A stretch of DNA of 59,988 nt, counting the filler, from Jimgerdemannia flammicorona (taxonomy: Eukaryota), in NCBI GenBank assembly GCA_003990765.1. It is 3 parts of 3 records of this genome, joined end to end, with 100 filler letters (N's around TTAATTAATTAA, not from the genome) between each part and the next. Parts side by side here need not be neighbours in the genome. Positions count along the whole stretch, not along the records: positions 40,064 to 59,988 come from RBNJ01001803.1; 2 more parts are not named here. The stretch is one strand, 5' to 3'. Shown piece after piece: positions 50,615 to 59,988 of the stretch. The notes beneath the pieces were generated by a model. It worked only from the letters and a program-made list of their open reading frames with translations, ran no database searches and had not been told where the DNA came from. Positions within the stretch are counted from its first letter, which is position 1. The number at the start of each line of letters is the position of its first letter. The position numbers and the translations under genes are program-made.

Positions 50615-53600
50615 GGGTTCTTGTAAGCTGAAAAGTCATGATGATTTTAAAATGTTCCCAGTTGAGCCCTCAAATGTAATGTGCCTGGCTCAATGGAGGC
50701 AAATTACAAGGTTGGGGGTTGATGTAGTTTGGCTTGAGCCCCCAGTTACTTTGTCAAAAAGCAATAAAATGTTCTAAGATTCCTGAGATCCTTGGTGTTT
50801 AGCAGTATAATAGTCAAGATCTGGATACTGTGCAAGCAATTTCCTTTTTGGGACAGGTTCTTGGGTGTAGTGGCGATTTATGTATGAATGGATTTCCTTC
50901 TTGAGTAATGGTCAATTTGTGTGTAGTGCGAGCGGGTTCCTTATTCAGGTCAACTGGGAACTGGTAGAATTTCATGTATAGCATGAATGGGTTCCTTATT
51001 CAGGTCAACTGAGAATATCACGATTTTGTATAGTACAATGATCCCTGTATGATGGTCTGGCAATTTAGTGGTTCTCCTTCTTGAGTGATGGGTGATCTCT
51101 GTGTAGTATGACAATCTCCAAAAGTATGCGATTCCTGGCAGATGGCTCGATTTGGCTCACTGGGAATAGAGGCGGTGGGTTCTCCTCAGCTTACTGAGAA
51201 CAACAAATAACTTGAATGGCATAGATTCAACTTTTAACTAGAAATACTACTCAGATGATGCGGACTCTTCCTGAATCGGTGGGCTCTTCTGAGAATACAA
51301 TGGTGTGGATTCTTCCTGAATCGGCAGGCTCTTCTGGGAATATGATGGTACAGATTCTTCCTGAATCAGCAGCTTCAACTGGGAATGCAGATAACTGATG
51401 AGGCAGATTCTCCTGAATCAGCAGACTTCTGGGAAATGGCAGCGAAGTTCTTCCTTGAACTTGGCAGCAAACTTCAGGCTTATCTGGCAAATGGACCAAA
51501 AATGGACTCGTTCTTTATATCAGAAAGTAGACCAAAGTGGAAGAGAAGAGAACCAAGCTCACAACTTCTTAGTAGTGGCTCATTGGCAGGCATATCTCCT
51601 AAGTGTTGCAATCCTTCCTAGATCAAGTGGCTTTTGGCAGACATTTCTCCTAAGTATACCAGACAATTGACTTTTGCTTTGGTTTGTATTCAACTTTTGG
51701 ACTGAGGTTTATTCACTCTTGTCTCTGGGGTAATTTATACATTATGGTTGCTATCTGGTTGCTACCTGGCTAATTATAGATTTGCTATCTATGGTGTGTT
51801 TGGGCAGACAGTCACTGTCTGGTGGACAGCTACTGTCCAGGGAACAGCCACTGTTCACATTATTCCCTTCTTTGGCTATCTGATTAATTATACATTTTTT
51901 CACAGCAATGGTTGCTGGTTACTATGCTATACTAATGTTCACATCATCTGGTTAGGTTTTGAGATTGCTATGTTTCATAGTTTGTCACACTATTTAGATA
52001 AGAATTATGCAGCCTTTCCAGTAGTTGCTGTTGATCTGCAGTATGAAAAGAACTGTCTTAAGTTTGCAGTAGTTGATGGAGAGAAGTCATTCAGAAGGTA
52101 TCCATGTACTAGCTGTCTGGGGTATTGTATAATTACATATAGATGAGGAGAAGATCTTGAAGCCCCAGCCCACATTACTGACATCTATATCAACTATGAT
52201 CTTGGAGACCTCAGAGAGGAGAGAGTAGCCATTTTAGCTCAGAAGTTTATAAGACCATCAATGAAGATTGGTCTTAGAGTTCAGGAATGGTATTATTGTA
52301 TCATTCTAGTTGTTATAGTAGAGGGCCATCTGGATGTTATGAATGAGAGACCAGATATAAAAGTAGGCTGAGAAAATGGTCTGTATTATTGAGTTGTAAA
52401 GGCTGACCAGTGAGGCAATATTGTGGATTAGAAAGATGACCAAGATATGTCAAAGTAGATTTATTGTTTCCTTATAGATCTTGTGAACTTTGTCAGTAGG
52501 TAGACATAGTTCCATAGTGGTCATATCAATCAGGAAGTCTAGAAATGTCTGGGTCTGCTTAGATTCTCAAGTACATTTGGTAGAGTGGAGTAGAAATCCT
52601 AATATTTCAAGATATGTAATTATAGGTAATCTTATTATGAAGAACTGCTTTGTTATAGTTAGAGGTTAGGAGACAGATATTGTTAATATAGTAGGTGAGG
52701 TGAATCCCTTATCTCCATAATGGTTTCAATACTATAGCTATCAGCTTAGTTCAAATGCATGATACTGAGAACAGGTCAAACAGTATAGCCTAAAACTTCC
52801 ATTTAGTTCAGTACTACCAGAAGGCTAGAAATTATTCATTATTAGAGTGAAGAGAGATGTAGAGCTATGTCAATCTTGATAAGAAAGTCCCCTAGTTATA
52901 CCATATGTCAGAGGGTCTGAATACCTTCTATCTTGAAGTATAATTACTATATGACTTATGCAGTGAATGAGTATTTAGATAGGTACAGTATTTGTCTATC
53001 TGTAAAACTATAAAGATATTGGAAAAGAAGAGTTCTTCTCTGGAGTGGGCCTTAGTAATGGTCTCTTTATTGAAGAAGTTATAGACAGCTATATCCACAA
53101 GAGTCTTCTCTATAGTAGATATGCTCTATTTATAGGTGAACTGAGATTGTACTCATAGAGAGATTGGAAGTATCAGCCAGTTGATCTATATCTTACCATA
53201 GACTATATCTATTGCCTATTTGTTGATCTCTAGGATATTCCAAATAGAGTCAGATACCTGGGTCAGTCAGGCTCCTATCTTAGATATATTGGATACCTTT
53301 GAGATAATAGAGTGATAAAGAGAGAGATTTCTCAGGGTTGAGCAGCAGTAGTCAATATGCTTGGTCCTGGGGTCCAGTATTAGAAGCTGCCCCAAGTACT
53401 TGAGATATAGTTCTGATGGATTTATAGTAAGTTGCAAAAGTTGGAGCATTGGTTACCCCTGAATCCATTTTTCTGACTATAGCTTCCAGAGGTGAATTTG
53501 CCATAATTGGAGATAGAAGTGGTGTTCTGAGTAATAGATAGCTTTTTGGAAGCAATGTAGACTACCAGATAGTATTTGTGATATTTGGCATCATTGTAGA

Positions 53601-54689
53601 AATATTGGAGAAAGTTAGTACCAAACAGGTCACTATTATATTTAGAACTAGATGAGACTATCTTGTATACTGATATGAGTATTGAGAACCATTCCATAGC
53701 TTTGGCAAGTTTGATATATCAGTAGATATAGATGCTTTTAGTCTTGTAGAATCTGATATAGAGAGAGTCTTATAGCTTCTCCACCATAGAGGCAATAATG
53801 GCTTTATGGATCAATTTATAATAGTGAGTATTAGCTCTATCACTATATAGCTCAAGTGTTAGCAATAGGTCAAAGAATATTATAAATAGTATATTAGAAG
53901 TCAGTAAGTATTCAGTCAGTATTCTGGCAGCCTTAGGAAAATTGTCAGGAAAGATTTTATCAATAACAGAGGTATGAAAGATACTACTCTTGGGTTTAGA
54001 GTTATATTGGATAAGTTTTCAGAGCCTGGAAAGAGTGAGATACACATTGATACATTTTATAAAAACTATATTAGTGAGTATAGATGGGGTCTGGTATTGC
54101 CCAATAGTCTATATCTTTGCAGTAATGAGGAATTCATCATTGCTCCTATTATCTAAGATATGTTATAAGTATTTATTATTGGGCATCTTATTGAGTCTAA
54201 GAGATAGGGTTCCCACACATCTGAGTCAGAGAAAGAGTATATTAATAATATATTATCATTCATATTTTGATATAATAGCTGAATCCAATAGAGTAGGACT
54301 GAGGTTGACCATGACTGCAGCAGTAATCTGTTGAATGAATTTGTTCCATTTGGTCAGAGCAGCTTATTGTTATTATTGCTATAAGAGTTCATTATTTATA
54401 ATAAAAAGATGGGCCAAAGAGAAGAGAGTGAACTTTCAAGCTTTTAAAATAGCTAAGAGACTCTACAGAAGTCAGAGAATCTTTATTGAAAAATTACTAT
54501 AATACAATATATAATATTTATATTAGAAAATCCAAATAAAGTATATTATTACTTTTGAGATAGCAGAAACTAACTCTGAAATAGTCCAGAATAAGTAATT
54601 CTTAGTTATTACTATTATAGCTTACTGATATATCTTAATAACTTTCCAATTCAGAATAAGTTTCTCAGCAAATACTGAAATACTTTTAT

Positions 54690-55676
54690 TTCTCTTTATC
54701 TTTGATAGATCTCTTATTGCTAGAGAGTTTGTTACTATTATCATTATCTTTGATCTTTGTTATTTTTGACTTAGATAACTCTGGCTCAGATATATATAAC
54801 AGTTATATTGACTGCTGTATTTATACTGACTGGGATATAGAGGATTTTTTGACTGGTATTTTAGTATAGTCTACAAGCTTACTGCTTTTATATAGCTATA
54901 ATAATAATATTATATACTTTCAGAAGACCTCTTATACATAAGTACTAAGACTTTGTCTTTATTGCCAATACAATTTACAGATATACTGAGAGAATTTACT
55001 TAATTCACTAGATTATCAATATAATTAGTATACTCATAGATATACTTCTTGAGTTTTATTTATAGATTAAATAGCTAAAATTTCAGGTAAAATCTAATCA
55101 ATATAGAAGTCTGCATGTAATAATTCTGTAATACTTCCCATATCTTATAGACTGTCACAGTATATATTATGAGCTTTGATTGCAAGTTTGATAATGTGAA
55201 TATAATCTCATATAATGCTTGATGATTATTTATAATATTATAATCTTAAATTTATACTTATAGTTTTATATACTCTACTAAGCTATATTTGTCAAGAAGA
55301 TTCATTATATGGAATACCCAAATAGCATAATCTTTCCCATTGAAGACTGAGATAGACCTCTTGGCCATATTTATGCTAACAACCAGGACTGCATTTCCTG
55401 TACCTGTGCCTATGGTTATAGTGGGGACTGCTTCTACCATTGCCATAATATTTGTGATTGGTATATCCATATTGCTAGGATTGCTAGGCTGATTGTTGCT
55501 TGACATTTTAGTGTGTATTAAAGAGGTAGCTGCTTAGTGCTATCAGAGCTCATAACCTTTATTGTGAAAAGAGGGTTTTTTTTTTGAAGTTGCATAGGTC
55601 GCATACTGATGAATGACGTAAAACTGATGAAATGGCATAAGGTCACGTGCTGACAAATCGAGTTGCCATCTCAACA
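54690..55676 (-). mobile_element. Second copia copy: 5' LTR 55563-55676, PBS, gag N-terminus, internally deleted
   Basis: LTR matches 30999-31121; GGTTATGAGC PBS-like motif; gag FNGKDYAIW motif (55258-55506) matches ~30690-30930. Confidence 0.85.
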
Positions 55677-56415
55677 AAGATGACCGTGTTCATGAATCTC
55701 GATGGGTCGGCCGCGTGCAAGAAAGCAGAGCGGGAGGTGCGGTTTCCGCTTTTTGCGACGGCTGCGTGCCGAAATAATAACGATTCCTTGGCAACTGCGA
55801 AGCCGTTTGAGCCGACGTTCGGTTAACGGAATGGCATTTGGATCGGGGCCCAGAGTTCTTGGCCATCTGCGCTTTCGCCGTCGAGCTTCGCCATGACGCC
55901 GCCAGCGTAGCAGGCATTAAGCGGCAGCAGGATCCTGTCGACCATGAGGGGAAGTTGAGCTTCTCGAAAAAAAAAATCTCCGTCGATTGCATGCTTCTCG
56001 AGAGGTTCGCCTTGTTTGTAACCAGGAATAGTTTGCCGTCCGATGCCCGCTTACGCCCGCGGCGCTGCGATGTTTAATGACATCTAACTCCTCGATGATG
56101 ACTGTGCGTGTGGCCCTCTCGTCTTGGAGAAGCTTGACTTGGTTCTTGGGATAGTCACAACGAAGATTCGGTGGGAACCTCGTTGAACCACTTTGCGTCG
56201 TTGATAGTGTACTCGAAGCTCGCCGTAGCCATTGAGCGACGAGTGCAATGCCATTGGCGAAGGTTTTCGCAGAGGATTAGGTTTTCGTGATGAACAAAGT
56301 TTGCTTGGGACGAGGTATTCGTATTGGGGTGAGTTTTCGAGGGGTTATTATCTCTAAATGTGGGGTCGTCGATTGCAGTAGAAGCAGATTGATTTTCCTC
56401 GATGGGGGTGTTCAA
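55677..56415 (-). pseudogene. Frameshifted paralog of the caspase-like gene, truncated at the copia LTR
   Basis: ASFEYTINDAKWFNEVPTE and LNACYAGGVMAKLD are nearly identical to the gene at 57655-58932; indels break the frame. Confidence 0.9.
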
Positions 56416-56941
56416 ATTGGTAGACGAACAAGCTCACACTTTATAGCCTGATTATTTACGCATTCCGTCTATTATGTAATCAACGACCCCAGGGTCGGAT
56501 TATTCCGAATGAACGTAACAGCACGGCTACTCAGACTTAGAGTATAGTTTTCGTAGTAAATATTCTAACCAATAAAGTTCGTTGGAACAAAAAGAAGGAT
56601 TTGAGAAGCTGTGAAGCAAGAATCCAGATTTTCGTATTCCGAAAGACCGCAGCAAATGGTCCAGACCGGGCATTCGTCCCATTACAGTTACACAACTCCA
56701 CCTACATACATTTCACATTATAGATTTCAAAATGCGGTCAGTGATTGAACAAAAGAGCCATAAGCTTTATGAAATATGCATTTGCGTGCTCGTCAATTTG
56801 CTGTATTCCTCCCAAACTGCTGTCATCATGACCAAGGACCACCGGGATACGTAGAGACATTACCTAGTCATTAAACGAATTGAGGGTGGAAATACCCATT
56901 TTCTTAACGGTTTGTTGAAGCGGTGGTCGACACATTTTTCC

Positions 56942-56972
<31 letters not shown>

Positions 56973-57075
56973 GAATCGCCTATGTGACATTTTTCGACAC
57001 TCTTCAGGTGTCAATTTCAGTTTTATTGAGTAAGGAACATCTATAGATTATTTTTGTCTGATCATCTCGACATGA

Positions 57076-57304
57076 TGAGTTTTAATATCAACGAGTATCG
57101 CCTCGTCACCAAATGTCACTGTCGTCGTCATCGTACCTAGAAGCCGTTTGTCCATAAACACGCCGAGTTTTAATGGCAACTGGAATCGTCTCATTACCAA
57201 AGTCGCTGTCGTCGCCATCGCACCTAGAGGCATTTTTATCCATAAACATCCTGAATTTTAATGGCAACGAGTATCGTCTCATTACCAAAGTCGCTGTCGT
57301 CGCA
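57076..57304. repeat. 88-bp tandem repeat, ~2.6 units
   Basis: The TTTTAAT..CAAC anchor recurs ending at 57092, 57180 and 57268. Confidence 0.85.
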
Positions 57305-57654
57305 GAAGCTTTTGGTTCGTCAACAAGCTTTGACAATGAGAAAAGGACGAGTGGGTGTTATATAAGGGCGCGCGCCAGTCGATTGCAAAAGGCATACCGT
57401 CCGAAACTGAGGTGATAATCTGTTTATACCATTTGAGGGAACCACGGATGGGATTCATTTGGAGCCGAGACCGCAAAATAACCTTTTTCATTGTCCATCT
57501 TGTGTTAATGGAATGTAACAGAATGCGAATATGAAGATTCGTCAGCAGTGAACCGTTCAACATTTCCTTTGGCCAACTGAAATTTAATTTCCTTGCAATT
57601 GTATTGAATACGGATAGTTTACTACTATAAATATTTATATAATAACCCCTAATT

Positions 57655-58932
57655 TCAGTGATTTACAATAGAAAATGTTGCACCAGGGCCAAACACGCTT
57701 CCGGCTATATTATTCCCATTTGTCACATTTGTCGTCCCATTAATATTGTTTTGGATACCGCCTTGGCGCCAATCCCTGTTCTTTTCATCTTTCTCATCAT
57801 CTTCTGTGCTCTCCTCGATGTCGATCTCGATCTCGAGATCGTCAAGCAATTGGAATTTACGCCCCGACCCGAGTTGATAGCAGCCAACTGCAAAGTTGGC
57901 ACCGTCAAAGTCACAGTGTGGCATCTGACATTTTTTGGTTTTTGCGTGTACGTACGTTGTACACGCCGCAAAGAGGTCGGCTGTGTAGACGAGGCCGTCG
58001 TCGTTCTCTGTCTTGGCGGTCCCAGAGAACCCTCGCGCGAGGCCAATCGTGAAAGGGCTGTACCTCGTCTTGCGATCTTTGGCCAGGTGTGCGGTTTCGG
58101 CTTTTTGCGAGGACTGAGCCGCCGAAATAATGACGACTCCTTGGCCTAGGCCTCTGCGAAGCCATTTAAGCTGACGTTCGTTGAACGGAATGGCCTTTGA
58201 ATCAGGGTCGAGAGTTCTTTTGCCATCTACGCCTTCGTCGTCGAGCTTTGCCATGACGCCACCAGCGTAGCAGGCATTGAGCAGCAGCAGGATCCTGTCG
58301 GCCATGAGGGAGTTGAGGTTCTCGAACAAAACATCTCCGTCGATTGCTTCTGTCTCGAGAGGTGCACCTCGGCCACAACCATGAGGGAGCAGGAATACTT
58401 TGCCGTCCGAAAGCCGCCTATGCCCGTGGCCGGAAAAGAATACAACAACCGTGCTGCTTTCGCTCGATTTGCCGATACGATTTTTGATGACATCCAACTC
58501 CTCGATGATGGCTGCGCGGGTGGCCTCCTCTCCTTGGAGGAGCTTGACTTGGCTCTCGGGATAGCCACACAACGAAGGTTCGGTGAGAACCTGGTTGATC
58601 CACTTTGCGTCATTGATAGTAGACTCGAAACTCGGCGAAATCTGGCCGGAGCCATTTGTGCCTGTGCCGATGACGAGTGCATGACCATTGAGGAAGGCTT
58701 TCGTTTTAGGTACGGATCCCATGGTAGTCAAGGGTATCGTGGTGGGCAACGTTTGCTCGGGAGAGGTATTTGTGGCGGGCAAAGTTTGCTCGGGCGAGGT
58801 TTTTGTGGTGGGCGAAGTTTGCTGGGGCGAGGTTTTTGTGGTGGGCAAAGATTGCTTGGGCGAGGTTTTTGTGGTAGGCAAAGTATGTTTGGTCAAGGTC
58901 TTTGTGTTGGTTTTGGAGGGTTTAGAGCCCAT
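57655..58932 (-). CDS. Caspase-like peptidase C14 (metacaspase/orthocaspase-type) protein, 425 aa
   Basis: Intact ORF in CpG-rich DNA. Motifs: HALVIG, INDAKWI...L, LLQGEEATRAAI, VVFFSGHG (H169), LLLLNACYAG (C221), IISAAQSSQKA, SPFT, CQMP. N-terminal MGSKPSK and 11-aa T/P repeats. Confidence 0.9.
   Translation of the reverse strand: MGSKPSKTNTKTLTKHTLPTTKTSPKQSLPTTKTSPQQTSPTTKTSPEQTLPATNTSPEQTLPTTIPLTTMGSVPKTKAFLNGHALVIGTGTNGSGQISPSFESTINDAKWINQVLTEPSLCGYPESQVKLLQGEEATRAAIIEELDVIKNRIGKSSESSTVVVFFSGHGHRRLSDGKVFLLPHGCGRGAPLETEAIDGDVLFENLNSLMADRILLLLNACYAGGVMAKLDDEGVDGKRTLDPDSKAIPFNERQLKWLRRGLGQGVVIISAAQSSQKAETAHLAKDRKTRYSPFTIGLARGFSGTAKTENDDGLVYTADLFAACTTYVHAKTKKCQMPHCDFDGANFAVGCYQLGSGRKFQLLDDLEIEIDIEESTEDDEKDEKNRDWRQGGIQNNINGTTNVTNGNNIAGSVFGPGATFSIVNH
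58735..58895 (-). repeat. 33-bp coding tandem repeat (TLPTTKTSPEQ-like, ~5 units)
   Basis: Repeated GGGCGAGGTTTTTGTGGTGGGC on the plus strand. Confidence 0.9.
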
Positions 58933-59504
58933 GATACGATCAGAAGAAAATCGAGACGCACAATATATTTATACTGATTTGTAGCAGGTGCACAATGAGC
59001 TAGTTTGACAGAGTAAACAATATCAACTTTGTGTACAACGTTCCGGAAACGACAGAGGTGTTCCTGGGGTTCGGGTTCGTTTGGGAAATATTTCTGGTCA
59101 GCAGATAGATCTAATCGAATCGGATGCATTGATTTTTACTTTAAGAGCCACCGTGGCTCCTCTTGCTTTGGCGCCACAACCAAAAACCGTTGAGATCGGC
59201 CGTCATTGCTTACCGCAGTCGCCGCAGTCAGCCTGTACACCCCGAGTAATTTAAGTATGCGGCTCCGAAATTTTATGTCACCGTCAAGCGGGACAACCTG
59301 CAACATCCCCTACCAGGCCTTGTTGTCAGAGGTGTATCAGAAACTGACTAATGCTTGGGTTGTTGCAATTAAAAAATAAGAGCTATTCAAAATTAGAGAA
59401 GAGATGGGTTCAAATAAAGAGAGTGTAAGTATATATATATATATATATTATTATTTGATATATGTAGATGACTGTTGAGTAACAAGTAATTTGTAGCTTG
59501 ATGC

Positions 59505-59988
59505 CCCTTTCTCCGCTACCTTACTGGTCACAAGGTTTGGTAGGCAACCTTCCGAGTCCACTTTCTACAACTATTACCCCCTCTACCTCAGATTGGTTTG
59601 CTGTACCTGTTGCAGGGTAGTGGGAGAGAGGCAATAGTGATGAGTTGCCCCTTTATTGGTGTCTGATCAGTGTCTTCTCCACTTTTTTGTGGTTTCTGGT
59701 ACCTTTGGCTGTGTCTGGGGTGTACTCATTTTGGTGCAGCACCTTCTTCCTTTTGCCATCACCAATAAGATATTATCTTGGTATATCATGGATTATATAG
59801 GAAGTTGGCCAACCTTGGATATAAAGTGCTCAGTATAGGTTATCTGCAGGTCCTTGATATCTGTGGTGGGGCCCTCTGGCTTTGGTGAGCTTTCTGACAA
59901 ACACAGTTCTGGTATAGGTAACTATTTTTCAGGTAGTGTCAGGGTGGAAGGGGAGATGGCCATCATAGATAAGAGAATAAAATAAAAA
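59505..59988 (-). repeat. Second copy of the unclassified repeat at 20700-21190
   Basis: Reverse-complement similarity over ~480 bp; runs off the window end. Confidence 0.8.

Larger units (their letters stand above)
45216..51989 (-). mobile_element. Ty3/gypsy family C, non-autonomous (gag-NC-PR-Cys-rich-GPY/F domain plus ORF3; no RT/RH/IN core)
   Basis: LTRs 45216-46541 and 50675-51989 (TGTAAT...ACA); 4-bp TSD CTAT; PPT-like AGTAGGGGCTGA; PBS-like TGAGGGCTCAACTGGGAA; protease LIDTG; KLEPKWEGPY domain. Confidence 0.92.
43200..54330 (-). mobile_element. Degenerate DIRS-like tyrosine-recombinase retrotransposon (gag-RT-RH-MT-YR), interrupted by gypsy C and a MITE
   Basis: RT: FKIEGI, GDFLIKID, GIHLTYYINN (decayed YxDD) ~52680-52940. 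RNase H: DVSNVGWG ~52170, IDNII..VNK across the C insertion, NIWADFLS ~45065. MT-like WGPIYIDLL ~44970. YR: NWFLKYMTAAGIDP...HS ~43385-43450. Ends approximate. Confidence 0.8.

Noticed and set aside
57076..57304. CRISPR-like array (also the 45-bp and 120-bp repeats)
   Set aside because: Units are contiguous tandem repeats without unique spacers, there are no cas genes, and the context is eukaryotic.
58381..58984. Plus-strand ORFs with GRGFCGGQRLL or GEVFVVGKVC repeats, and ORF 57658-58149
   Set aside because: Antisense shadows of the caspase-like gene and its 33-bp repeat.
59324..59484. TG...CA-bounded AT-rich segment as a solo LTR
   Set aside because: No matching TSD and no second copy in the window.

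Overview
This is a eukaryotic, transposon-dominated window. It is most consistent with an early-diverging (Mucoromycota-type) fungus; that is an inference from a Crinkler-type pseudogene, L1-clade and DIRS elements, and strong C>T decay. Two artificial 100-bp N/TTAATTAATTAA linkers (19937-20036, 39964-40063) split it into three pieces, so adjacency across them is unverified. Ty3/gypsy content: three copies of a dUTPase-carrying chromovirus (family A; full-length at 6238-16899 with 2.07-kb LTRs and a GATTG TSD, inserted into an L1-clade LINE that itself interrupts another A copy), the 5' part of family B (37160-39963), and an RT-less family C element (45216-51989) nested in a DIRS-like element. 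Also present are copia relics, two hAT-type foldback MITEs, a Crinkler pseudogene, and a CpG-rich island with one intact caspase-like (peptidase C14) gene plus a pseudogene paralog. Main candidate discovery: families A, B and C, with different LTRs and primer-binding sites, each carry an apparently homologous accessory ORF (Y-x-I-G/R-x-LL...A-K/R-x-x-x-x-hydrophobic-F/Y helical domain plus acidic aromatic tail), inside the LTR or just upstream of it, like retroviral U3/3' accessory genes. Second candidate: the caspase-like protein has an N-myristoylation signature and a C-terminal N/G-rich tail resembling an amyloid-signalling motif. All domain calls come from reading motifs by eye; no searches were run.
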